The notes under the pieces are model-generated. The model was not told the origin of the DNA. It worked only from the letters and a program-made list of their open reading frames with translations, and searched no databases. The position numbers were made by a program, and so were the translations under genes. Shown piece after piece: positions 51,595 through 61,221 of a stretch of DNA of 64,000 nucleotides; the stretch's first letter is position 1; every line of letters begins with the position of its first letter. The stretch is taken from NCBI GenBank assembly GCA_958413985.1, contig CATYVZ010000003.1, positions 18,751 to 82,750 of the forward strand. The letters are read 5' to 3'. The stretch comes from an uncultured Bacilli bacterium (GTDB lineage: Bacteria; Bacillota_I; Bacilli_A; RF39; UBA660).

Positions 51595-53907
51595 CTATCT
51601 TCCAAATTTTGTCAAATCCATATTTTTAATGGTTTCAACACTAACACCTTCGTATTCGTGACGGCCACAGCCTGGACAAACATCACCAATCACACCAGTA
51701 TAGCCACAAACTGGATCACGATCGACTGGATGATTAATTGCTCCATAACCGATACCTTCTTTATACATAAGCCTGATTATACTTTCAAAAGCTTCTAAAT
51801 TCTTTGTCGTATCTCCATCTAGTTCAACATAAGTAATATGACCAGCATTAGTCAAAGCATGATAAGGTGCTTCAACATGAATTTTTTCAGCGGCTGAAAT
51901 ATTATAATAAACAGGGATATGGAAGGAATTAGTATAATAATCTCGATCAGTAATGCCTTTTAATTTTCCATAAATGGCACGATCGATATTAGTAAATCTA
52001 CCAGATAAGCCTTCAGCTGGAGTAGCTAATAAAGTGAAATTCAAATTATATTTACTAGCATATTCATCACATTTTTTACGCATAAAAGTGATGATTTTGT
52101 AACCTAATTTTCTAGCTTCTTCATCTTCTCCATGATGTTTACCAACTAAAGCTTTCAAACATTCTGCCAAACCGATAAAACCGATCGATAAAGTACCATG
52201 TTTATATACCTTACGTAACCTATCATTAGGTTTTAATTTTTCTGAATCAAGCCAAACACCACTTCCTAATAAAAATGGGAAATTATATACTTTCTTAGTA
52301 CATTGAAACTCAAATCTTTCTAATAATTGATCTCTAACTAAATCCATTTTTTCTTCTAGTTCTTTAAAGAAACCATCTAAGTCTGTTTTATCATTAACAA
52401 CTAGACCATGTTTAATACCTAATCTTGGCAAATTGATCGTTGTAAAAGATAAATTGCCACGTCCTGGTGTAACTGCTTTATCTGGATCGACTACATTACC
52501 CAAAACACGAGTTCGGCATCCCATGTAACCAACTTCTGTTGTATAGTCTCCATTATAGTATTGTTTATTAAATGGTGCATCCATAAATGAAAAATTCGGG
52601 AACAATCTTTTAGCTGAAACTTTACAAGCTAATTTAAACAAATCATAATTAGGATCATTTTTTTCATAGTTTGTTCCTTTACGAACTTTAAAAATTGAGA
52701 TTGGGAAAATAGGTGTTTCGCCTTTTCCTAACCCAGCATCAGTAGCCAATAGATAATTTTTGACTACCATTCTTCCTTCTGGGGAAATATCAGTACCAAA
52801 GTTGATTGAAGAAAATGGTACTTGAGCACCAGCTCTTGAATGCATCGTATTTAAATTATGAATGAATGCTTCCATAGCTTGATATGTTATACGGTCAGTT
52901 TTAGCTAAAGCTTTTTCATACGCAACCGCAAATAATCTTTCGACTTCTGAAGATTCTTTAGCAAAATGATAAAAATCACTAATATCAAATTGAATACTTT
53001 CTAACTTATCGATTTCTTTAACAATACTATTCATACTGACAAATTTGCCAAAATCACTGTAATCTAGCAAATCTGAGATAGTTTGCTTAAATTGTTTTTT
53101 AAATGTATTTAAAATTCCCGGTGCCATATAATAATCGAAAGCTGGTATACTTTGTCCTCCGTGTTGATCATTTTGATTAGATTGGATGGCAATGGCAGCT
53201 AAAGCACTATACGACATAATATCCTTTGGTGCTCTTAAATGACCATGACCAGTCGAAAAACCTGTTTTAAATAATTTACTTAAATCTATTTGCATACAAG
53301 TAGTTGTTCCCATTGCATAGAAATCCATATCATGAACATGAATATCACCACTATCATGAGCTTCTGAAAATTTGTATTTCATTAAATAAGCTTTACAGAA
53401 TTCCTTAGAAACCGTACTACCATATTGCAACATTGTTCCCATCGCGGTATCACCGTCGACGTTGGCATTTTCTCTTTTGCCATCTTCTTCATGAGCTGAT
53501 TTTAATCCTAAACTCTCGATAGCTTTCAAAAATTTATGTAATTGCTTTTCATCAGAAAACATCTTTCGTGATAAATTTCTTCTTTCGCGATATTCAGAGA
53601 AACTTTCATAAACATCGTTGTAACCTTTTTTTTGTAATTGTTCTTCGATCATATCTTGAATTGTCTCGATTTTTATTTTATCTTCATTAGCGTATTCTTT
53701 TTCGATTCTTTTTAACACACCTTCATAAACGACATTGATATCTTTAGTTGTATATTTTAATTTCTCACCAGTCTCTTCATCAATTTCATTTACGCTATCA
53801 AAACCCTTTTTAATAGCTAAAGCAATTTTAGAACCGTTAAAATCAACTTTTTTACCGTTTCTTTTTACAACTTGTAAGTTTGTAATTTTTTCTTCAACAT
53901 CAATCAT
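51595..53907 (-). CDS. nrdD: Anaerobic ribonucleoside-triphosphate reductase (class III), catalytic subunit lacking the glycyl-radical motif because of an in-frame TAG
   Basis: 770 aa. ATP-cone N-terminus and a class III RNR body ending in the zinc-ribbon region VCGYTGVIGDVCPGCG. It then stops 16 codons before the RxxGY glycyl-radical motif. Confidence 0.85.
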   Translation of the reverse strand: MIDVEEKITNLQVVKRNGKKVDFNGSKIALAIKKGFDSVNEIDEETGEKLKYTTKDINVVYEGVLKRIEKEYANEDKIKIETIQDMIEEQLQKKGYNDVYESFSEYRERRNLSRKMFSDEKQLHKFLKAIESLGLKSAHEEDGKRENANVDGDTAMGTMLQYGSTVSKEFCKAYLMKYKFSEAHDSGDIHVHDMDFYAMGTTTCMQIDLSKLFKTGFSTGHGHLRAPKDIMSYSALAAIAIQSNQNDQHGGQSIPAFDYYMAPGILNTFKKQFKQTISDLLDYSDFGKFVSMNSIVKEIDKLESIQFDISDFYHFAKESSEVERLFAVAYEKALAKTDRITYQAMEAFIHNLNTMHSRAGAQVPFSSINFGTDISPEGRMVVKNYLLATDAGLGKGETPIFPISIFKVRKGTNYEKNDPNYDLFKLACKVSAKRLFPNFSFMDAPFNKQYYNGDYTTEVGYMGCRTRVLGNVVDPDKAVTPGRGNLSFTTINLPRLGIKHGLVVNDKTDLDGFFKELEEKMDLVRDQLLERFEFQCTKKVYNFPFLLGSGVWLDSEKLKPNDRLRKVYKHGTLSIGFIGLAECLKALVGKHHGEDEEARKLGYKIITFMRKKCDEYASKYNLNFTLLATPAEGLSGRFTNIDRAIYGKLKGITDRDYYTNSFHIPVYYNISAAEKIHVEAPYHALTNAGHITYVELDGDTTKNLEAFESIIRLMYKEGIGYGAINHPVDRDPVCGYTGVIGDVCPGCGRHEYEGVSVETIKNMDLTKFGR

Positions 53908-54060
53908 AACATTCCCTCTACCTTCTAATATTAATTATAGTCATATATTACGAAAAAGTCAAACAAAATTTCATATTTTTTTAATTTTTATAAAATTTTA
54001 CTTTAACAAAAAATTAAAAACTTAAAAAACCCATTATTTTATAAATTCATAATTTTATTA

Positions 54061-54077
54061 TTAATTTTTGGTTAATT
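54061..54077. repeat. TTAATTTTTGGTTAATT motif copy 1 in the nrdD leader
   Basis: A near-identical copy (TTAATTTTCGGTTAATT) lies 70 bp downstream. Both are in the 380-bp AT-rich region upstream of nrdD. Confidence 0.5.
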
Positions 54078-54130
54078 AAAAATGTAAAAAATGGTAATTT
54101 TCTTTAATATAAAAGTTAAAACTACCAATA

Positions 54131-54147
54131 TTAATTTTCGGTTAATT
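54131..54147. repeat. TTAATTTTCGGTTAATT motif copy 2 in the nrdD leader
   Basis: See copy 1 (54061-54077). Confidence 0.5.
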
Positions 54148-54288
54148 TTTGAAAAAAATCAAAAAAATAAAAAATCATTATTTTTAAATTTCTGATTTTT
54201 ACAAAAAAGTAAAATTTTGTTGTCGAAAATATAAAACAAACATAATTTTGTATTTTAATAAAAAGCTTATTTTATAATATAATTAAAT

Positions 54289-54657
54289 ATGAAGAAAAGA
54301 GATCTGGAAGCAATAAATGCACAATTTATAATTTTAACCTTGCTCGCTATTACTTTAATAATATCATTTGTTGTGCTCTATGACGAAAAGCAACGGATCG
54401 AAAACAAGAAAAACCCACTCGGCGATAAATATAGATATGTTAATTTGTTTAATCGAGTTTTATTCTTGTTGACAGTAATATATAGTTTATATGTAAATTA
54501 TCAACAATACCAAAGAAAAAGAGGAGTACAAGAAGCTCCCTTTAAACATCAAGTATATGCATCTATTTTTAACGTAATCGGCGGTATAATCACTCTATAT
54601 GTCGTTTTTGAAACTTGGAACAACGTCGATATTGCCGACTTTGAAAATACTACCTAG
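54289..54657 (+). CDS. Small hypothetical membrane protein (3 predicted TM segments)
   Basis: 122-aa ORF with hydrophobic segments. No recognised motif. Confidence 0.4.
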   Translation: MKKRDLEAINAQFIILTLLAITLIISFVVLYDEKQRIENKKNPLGDKYRYVNLFNRVLFLLTVIYSLYVNYQQYQRKRGVQEAPFKHQVYASIFNVIGGIITLYVVFETWNNVDIADFENTT

Positions 54658-55529
54658 TTTTTATGATTGATAACAATTCTATTGATAGCGATATAGATAA
54701 TCAATAAAAATATCCCACTAAAACTAAATAAGACACCTATTTTAAACCAAATTGTAAGTAGGATAGTAATCAATGGTGAAAGTAATGTTTCCATATTATC
54801 AATTTGCGAAATAATTATATTGTTGATAAAACTATTGATAGAACCCAAAATAACGAATAAAACACCAGCGACGATCATTGGAATAGCTAAATACTTTAAT
54901 GGTTTATAAAAAGACCATAAACAAAAAATTGTAATAATAAATAAAATAGCTAAAATCAAATATAAATATCCGACATTAAAATTTAAAAAAGTTCTGATTG
55001 AAGAAACCGGTAGATTTCCTATCATTTCTTGTCGTTCTGGAATGATTTTTGGCAAATCTTCACAATATTCAATAATATATTCATCTAATTGATCTTTATC
55101 TATTATAATATTTATATGATTATCTAATGAATCATTAGCCACAACGATCATTTTATTAACTACATCATCTGATAATTGAGGTTGATCCCCACCATTGACC
55201 AGATAATCGATCATCTTGCTAAAAAAATCGCCTAAAATTAAATTTAATTCTTCACTTTCCAATATATCATCCATAATTTTCTTTGGTATATTGTTATCCA
55301 AACCTAATTGATAAATTTCTTCTCTTAAGGTCTGTCCAGATTCTTCTTGATTGAAAACTTGATTTAAATCGATATTAAGAATCTCAGCATTTTTTACATA
55401 ATCAGATAAATTTTCACGATTGATCAAACTTTTACCAGATTGAAGTAAAACAACTATAATAATTAGTAAAAACATTAAAAAAGAATTTATGACGGCCAAT
55501 ATTTTACCAATTTTTTTTAAAATTTTCAC
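54654..55529 (-). CDS. Hypothetical membrane protein
   Basis: 291 aa. An N-terminal TM segment, an acidic central domain and C-terminal TM segments. Confidence 0.4.
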   Translation of the reverse strand: MKILKKIGKILAVINSFLMFLLIIIVVLLQSGKSLINRENLSDYVKNAEILNIDLNQVFNQEESGQTLREEIYQLGLDNNIPKKIMDDILESEELNLILGDFFSKMIDYLVNGGDQPQLSDDVVNKMIVVANDSLDNHINIIIDKDQLDEYIIEYCEDLPKIIPERQEMIGNLPVSSIRTFLNFNVGYLYLILAILFIITIFCLWSFYKPLKYLAIPMIVAGVLFVILGSINSFINNIIISQIDNMETLLSPLITILLTIWFKIGVLFSFSGIFLLIIYIAINRIVINHKN

Positions 55530-55743
55530 AAATTTTCCTCCTACAATTACGATAATAATGGATATTTTTGATATAGATTTTATATAAATTCATTATCGCA
55601 ACAGCTTTTATATATTTATTATACAATGTGAAAAGTTGTTAGTCAACCACTCCTAATCATAGTTAACAGATCTAACATAAGGTAGATAGTTTACTTAAAT
55701 TGAACCATTTTTCTATTATATAAAAAGACAAAAAAAGCCGAAG

Positions 55744-56508
55744 TTAAATTCCGACTTGATGAAAATCTAATTTTAATTTATCAGCAACAGTAACAATAAA
55801 CTCTGAATTGGTAGGTTTAGCGCGATCGATATCCACACTATGACCAAAAATATTTTCCATTAATTTGATATCGCCACGATTCCAACTAACTTCAACCGCG
55901 TGTCTAATCGATCTTTCAACTCGCGATACTGTCGTGTTATATTTACTTGCTAATTCCGGATACAATTCTTTAGTGATCCCACCTATCATCTCAGGATTTT
56001 CAAAAATCATATTGACAGCATCTCTTAAAAATTGATAACCTTTAATATGAGAAGGTATTCCTAAATCATGCAACAACTTACTAATCGAGATCTGTAAGTT
56101 ACTATTATAAAAATCGATACTCTTTTCATTCTTTCTTTTAAAAACATCGTAGATTTTCTTTTCTAAATCATCCAAATCAAATGGTTTTAAAACAAAATAA
56201 CTAACATCATATTCTGAAACTTCTCTAATTACTTCACTAGCATTATAACTAGTTTCAACGATCACTTTTTTATTGATATTATTTCTTTGCATTTGTTCTA
56301 AAACATAAATGCCATCTTTTTTAGGCATTATTAAATCTAACAAAATAATGTCATATTGATCTGTCTTGTTTTTTATTATTTCAAAACCTTCTAAACCGTC
56401 ATGGGCTTCTAATACTACATTAATATCATTGTTATTTTTAAAATATTCCTTTACAGCATCAATCAATTTGACGTTATCGTCAATCATCAAAACTCTTATA
56501 TTTTTCAT
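55744..56508 (-). CDS. spo0A: Stage 0 sporulation response regulator Spo0A
   Basis: Receiver domain (MIDDN...LLDLIMP) plus the Spo0A-specific C-terminal DNA-binding domain (TVSRVERSIRHAVEVSWNRGD...KPTNSEFIV). Confidence 0.9.
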   Translation of the reverse strand: MKNIRVLMIDDNVKLIDAVKEYFKNNNDINVVLEAHDGLEGFEIIKNKTDQYDIILLDLIMPKKDGIYVLEQMQRNNINKKVIVETSYNASEVIREVSEYDVSYFVLKPFDLDDLEKKIYDVFKRKNEKSIDFYNSNLQISISKLLHDLGIPSHIKGYQFLRDAVNMIFENPEMIGGITKELYPELASKYNTTVSRVERSIRHAVEVSWNRGDIKLMENIFGHSVDIDRAKPTNSEFIVTVADKLKLDFHQVGI

Positions 56509-56616
56509 AAATTCTCCCTCTATATTACTGCTGTATTTATATTATATAATATTAATTAGCCATTTACTAGAGTAAATATTAGCTAATTTTGTCGAAAAAA
56601 ACAAAAAATTGTCGTT

Positions 56617-57294
56617 CTAAAGATTATCGACAATTTCTTTTAATTGTTTGCAATCTGTTGAAGCCTTTCCGATTAGAAAACCCGATAAATTTTTTACTTC
56701 TTTTAATGTTTTTATATTGTCTTTATCGACACTACCACCATATAAAATTTTAGCACCTTGCTGACAAATTTTGTTTAATGTTGTTTGAATAAAGCTAATT
56801 GTAGCTTCAATTTCTTCATTAGCAGGCGTAATGCCCGTTCCTATACACCAAATCGGTTCATAAGCGATAATTACATTTTCTAAATTATCGACACCTTTCA
56901 AGTCATTTAACAACTGATACTCCAATTTTTGCTTGCGATCTTCGCCTTTATTCTCACCAATACATAAAACAACTTTTAAACCATTATGCAATCCTTGAAG
57001 CACTTTAGCATTTATTTCTTCGTCGGTTTCTTTTTGATATGTTCTTCTTTCACTATGACCTACTAATGTATAGGTTACCCCCATATCTTTAGCTTGTCTA
57101 GCACTAATCTCACCAGTATAAGCCCCAAGATCATTAGTAGCGATATTTTGAAGTCCAACAGCAAATTTATGATTTAAAAAATATGGAACAAACAAAGCCG
57201 TAGGACATAAGACGATATCGCGATCGATGTTTTCAATATAATTTAAAACATCTTCGTAAGTCATATACATTTTCAAATTTCCAATTACGATCAT
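56617..57294 (-). CDS. tpiA: Triosephosphate isomerase
   Basis: GNLKMY, VGHSERR and YEPIWCIGTG motifs. Confidence 0.92.
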   Translation of the reverse strand: MIVIGNLKMYMTYEDVLNYIENIDRDIVLCPTALFVPYFLNHKFAVGLQNIATNDLGAYTGEISARQAKDMGVTYTLVGHSERRTYQKETDEEINAKVLQGLHNGLKVVLCIGENKGEDRKQKLEYQLLNDLKGVDNLENVIIAYEPIWCIGTGITPANEEIEATISFIQTTLNKICQQGAKILYGGSVDKDNIKTLKEVKNLSGFLIGKASTDCKQLKEIVDNL

Positions 57295-57304
57295 TTTTTC
57301 TCCT

Positions 57305-58462
57305 TTATTTTATATCTATTATTTCAATTCCCGGCAATTTTTTTCCTTCCAATAGTTCTAAGCTTGCTCCACCACCAGTAGAAATATGGGTAAAAACTTG
57401 TTCATAGCCAAAGTTTTTAATTGCACTAGCTGTATCACCGCCACCAGCTATTTTAATAGCATCGATGTTTTCTAATATTTGACAAATGCCTTTAGTACCA
57501 TTGCTATACTTTTCTTCTTCAAACATGCCTACTGGTCCATTCCAGATAATAGTTTTACTGTTATCTAAGTATTGTTTAAATAATTTAACCGTTTTAGGAC
57601 CAATATCCAATCCCTTTTCTTCTTTCGTTATATCTGTGATAAAACGTTCTTTTAAATCAGTGATTACATCGATCGGTAAGATCAATTTTTCTTTGTGTTC
57701 ATTTAACACTTTTTGGCAAAATTCAATATTTTCTTCATCTAATAATGATTTACCAATTTCAACACCACTTGCTTTTAAGAAGGTAAAAGCCATACCACCA
57801 CCTATTAAAATATAGTCAGCTATTTTAACTAAATTTTCGATAACTCCTATTTTATCGCTTACTTTAGCTCCACCCAAAATGACTGTAAACGGTCTTTTAG
57901 GATCATCGATAGCTGGTAATAAATTATCCAATTCCTTTTCGATTAAAAAGCCAATACCACTATCTAAATTACTAGCTATTCCTACGTTAGAAGCATGAGC
58001 ACGATGAGCAGTACCAAAAGCATCATTAATATAAATATCGCCTAAAGAAGCCCAATATTTACCTAGTTCTAAATCGTTTTTACTTTCTTTTTTATCTGGA
58101 AAATCTTCGAATCTTGTATTTTCCATTAATAAAACATCACCATTATTTAAATTAGCAATAGCTGTCTCTAATTCTATTCCCCTAGTGCTAGGTACAAAGG
58201 TAACATTTTTGCCTAATAATTCACTTAATCTAACAGCAACTGGTCTTAGTGTATTTTTTTCTTTGTCACTTTCTTCCTTAATTCTTCCTAAATGACTCAT
58301 CAAAATGACCTTAGCCTTATTATCAATAGCATAGTTAATAGTCTTTAAACTTTCTTTAATTCTTGTGTCATCTTCAATTATGCCATTTTTAATTGGTACA
58401 TTAAAGTCAACTCTAATTATTACTTTTTTGTTATTTAAATCAAAATCTCTTATTGTTTTCAT
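57305..58462 (-). CDS. pgk: Phosphoglycerate kinase
   Basis: RVDFNVP N-terminus and GGGASLELLEGK C-terminal signature. Confidence 0.95.
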   Translation of the reverse strand: MKTIRDFDLNNKKVIIRVDFNVPIKNGIIEDDTRIKESLKTINYAIDNKAKVILMSHLGRIKEESDKEKNTLRPVAVRLSELLGKNVTFVPSTRGIELETAIANLNNGDVLLMENTRFEDFPDKKESKNDLELGKYWASLGDIYINDAFGTAHRAHASNVGIASNLDSGIGFLIEKELDNLLPAIDDPKRPFTVILGGAKVSDKIGVIENLVKIADYILIGGGMAFTFLKASGVEIGKSLLDEENIEFCQKVLNEHKEKLILPIDVITDLKERFITDITKEEKGLDIGPKTVKLFKQYLDNSKTIIWNGPVGMFEEEKYSNGTKGICQILENIDAIKIAGGGDTASAIKNFGYEQVFTHISTGGGASLELLEGKKLPGIEIIDIK

Positions 58463-58477
58463 ATTATATTCCTTTCT

Positions 58478-60115
58478 TTATTGTAATTCGTATGGGGAAT
58501 TAGCAGTTCCTTTACCAGATGTGAATATCAATCCTGATTTTATAAATATAACAGGACGAACTCCATAACTATTAGTTAGGGAAGCTGAACTCATTGAACC
58601 TGTCTGATTAATATATAATGCATAAGAAGTAGTAGAGCGGTTCATCGTCCAATAATAATTTGAAACAGTTGGATTTTCAATCGTATTGACATCGACAAAT
58701 GTCTTACTACTAGATGTCGATAAATCAATATCATTTCCTGAAAACATCTCGCCTATTGTCGGTAAACCAATAGCATTATAAAGTGCCTCGTCTTGAACAA
58801 CTGTGTAACTTGATGAAGTTGATGGATAATCACCTATATAAAATGCATGATTACTACTTATATGACGATAATAAATCGGAATATTATTGGCAAAGGTATC
58901 AACTGCACTAATTATCGTAGAATTATAACCTATTGTTGCTGAACTTCCATACTGACTAGTAGTTGGCAGTAAACCATTTAAAACTATTTTAATACTATCA
59001 TCATATTTGCCTACTACCCTAAATGTACATACATTATCACTACCACACGCATTATCAGTACCTCGATATTGAATATTAATGTATTCTCCTACTTGAACAT
59101 CACTTGTACCTGTTGATTTCGTTTCAGTATAATAGTTAGATGATAAACTACCGGTACCCCCAACAACTACTAAATCTGAAATCTTTATAACAGGGCGCAC
59201 TCCATATCTCATTGTTGTAGGAGCATAAGTAAGAGAAGTTAAAACAACTCTAATATAAGAAGAACTATACCTATTTCCCAACCACCAATAATCACCAATA
59301 TCTAAATAAGAGGATATCCCACCAGCTCTTGTAAATTGATCATTATCTAATAAACCAACTTTTTGAGTAGTGGTGATTTCGTCAACATCAGTATATATTC
59401 CAATGTTGAAGTCATTATTTACTATATTATTTTGAATTCGACTGTCTAAACTATTGTAAAAATAATCATTTAACCAACTATTGATAAAACTATTGGTATA
59501 TGTTTGTTCAGTTGTCCAAATAGAATTGTTAGCATAAATTGTTGTCAGTGGTTGAGCGTTAATTAACGTTAAGGTGTTTTCACTTGTATCAAATTCAACT
59601 ACTCGCCACTGATGTCCACCATACCATAGATAATTGTTACTTACCTCATCATTAGTTCCTTTAAAATAATATATATTTGAATTAGTACTATCTTCTAACA
59701 ATCCTGTTGTATTACTAGAATCATATTGCTCTAATAGTAAACCAATCAACGTTTTTGAAGTCGTCAATTCATAACTAAAAGTCCAATCTTCATTTCTAGT
59801 AATTTTAACAGCATCATCACTACTAAAACTAAGATTAGTATTAGGATTTAAAGTGTTGATATCAATATAATTTTGACCGATCAAATCACGGATAATATTT
59901 ACATAAGTAAAACCACCAACCGTATCTAAGCTATTATCATAATTAGCCATAATATAATTTTCAGTCGCCATATAAATATTGTTTAAAGCTTCTTGACTTT
60001 TATTTTCTTCAGTTTTTTTTGTCATATCTGTTAAAGATGGCAAAGCAATTAAAATCATAATTGCCAGTATAACTAGTATCGCTAGCAATTCAACCAACGT
60101 AAAACCGCGCTTCAT
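58478..60115 (-). CDS. Large prepilin-type (type IV pilin/pseudopilin leader) secreted protein with two C-terminal YGVRPVI-ending modules
   Basis: N-terminal MKRGFTLVELLAILVILAIMILIAL, i.e. G|FTLVE, the prepilin peptidase cleavage/methylation motif. 545 aa with internal and C-terminal YWWLGNRY...YGVRPVI modules. Located between gap and pgk. Confidence 0.6.
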   Translation of the reverse strand: MKRGFTLVELLAILVILAIMILIALPSLTDMTKKTEENKSQEALNNIYMATENYIMANYDNSLDTVGGFTYVNIIRDLIGQNYIDINTLNPNTNLSFSSDDAVKITRNEDWTFSYELTTSKTLIGLLLEQYDSSNTTGLLEDSTNSNIYYFKGTNDEVSNNYLWYGGHQWRVVEFDTSENTLTLINAQPLTTIYANNSIWTTEQTYTNSFINSWLNDYFYNSLDSRIQNNIVNNDFNIGIYTDVDEITTTQKVGLLDNDQFTRAGGISSYLDIGDYWWLGNRYSSSYIRVVLTSLTYAPTTMRYGVRPVIKISDLVVVGGTGSLSSNYYTETKSTGTSDVQVGEYINIQYRGTDNACGSDNVCTFRVVGKYDDSIKIVLNGLLPTTSQYGSSATIGYNSTIISAVDTFANNIPIYYRHISSNHAFYIGDYPSTSSSYTVVQDEALYNAIGLPTIGEMFSGNDIDLSTSSSKTFVDVNTIENPTVSNYYWTMNRSTTSYALYINQTGSMSSASLTNSYGVRPVIFIKSGLIFTSGKGTANSPYELQ

Positions 60116-60197
60116 ATTATCACCATATTTATTATAAATTATTTTTCATAATTAATCAATTATTCTTTTAAATAATAATTATCAAAAAAAAGTCAAA

Positions 60198-61205
60198 TTA
60201 TTGACTTATTTCATTTAAATATTTTGCAGTTCTGACCATTTGATGTGAATAACCCATTTCATTATCATACCAAGCTATAACTTTAACCAACTGTTTACCA
60301 TCAACTTCTAACACATCAGTTAATAAACCATCGACTAACGCTCCACAAGATGAACCAATAATATCGCTTGAAACAACTGGATCAAAAGTAAATTTTAAAG
60401 TTTCATTACAATTATCCATTAAAGCATTATTGATTTCTTCAACCGTAACATTACGACTTAATTCTAAAGTTAAATCAACTACTGATCCGGTTGGTGTTGG
60501 TACTCTTAATGCACTACCATCTAGTTTTCCCTTTAAAGCAGGAATTACTAGACCTAAGGCACTAGCAGCTCCAGTGCTTGATGGAATTATATTCATAGCT
60601 CCAGCTCTACCACGACGAGCTTTTATTCCTTTTTTATGCGCGACATCTAAAATAACTTGATCATTAGTATAAGCATGAACAGTAGTCATATAACCTTTAA
60701 CTATACCAAATTTATCATTGATTACTTTAGCTACTGGCGCTAAACAATTCGTAGTACAAGAAGCTGCCGAAATAATTTGTTCAGTTCCATCTAAAGTTTC
60801 ATGATTTACATTATAAACGATCGTTTTCATCTCACCTTTACCTGGAGCAGAAATGATTACTTTTTTTGCTCCTGCTTGAATATGCTTGTAAGCATCTTCG
60901 TATTTTACAAACTTACCAGTACATTCAAATACTTGATCGATTCCCAATTCTTGCCAAGGTAAATTAACAGGATCCATTTCTTTAAATATTTTGATCCTAC
61001 GACCATTTATTATAATATTATTTTCATCGTAAGTTATTTCATCTAATTTATAGTTACGATGATTACTATCATATTTTAACAGATAAGCTAATTGCTCAGC
61101 ATCTGTCAAATCATTAATAGCCACTATTTCAATACTAGGGTCTTCCTCCATAATTCTAAATACTAATCTTCCAATTCTTCCAAATCCATTAATTGCTACT
61201 TTCAT
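60198..61205 (-). CDS. gap: Glyceraldehyde-3-phosphate dehydrogenase (type I)
   Basis: MKVAINGFGRIGR Rossmann N-terminus and active-site ASCTTNCLAP. The ORF-track start is extended upstream (61241); MKVAING is the likely true start. Confidence 0.93.
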   Translation of the reverse strand: MKVAINGFGRIGRLVFRIMEEDPSIEIVAINDLTDAEQLAYLLKYDSNHRNYKLDEITYDENNIIINGRRIKIFKEMDPVNLPWQELGIDQVFECTGKFVKYEDAYKHIQAGAKKVIISAPGKGEMKTIVYNVNHETLDGTEQIISAASCTTNCLAPVAKVINDKFGIVKGYMTTVHAYTNDQVILDVAHKKGIKARRGRAGAMNIIPSSTGAASALGLVIPALKGKLDGSALRVPTPTGSVVDLTLELSRNVTVEEINNALMDNCNETLKFTFDPVVSSDIIGSSCGALVDGLLTDVLEVDGKQLVKVIAWYDNEMGYSHQMVRTAKYLNEISQ

Positions 61206-61221
61206 TTTATCATTCCTTTCA

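Noticed and set aside
55530-55743. Sequence AAAAAAAGCCGAAGTTAAATTCCGACTT downstream of spo0A checked as an intrinsic terminator
   Set aside because: The two GC-containing arms (GCCGAAG / CCGACTT) are not reverse complements, so no stable stem forms. Not called.
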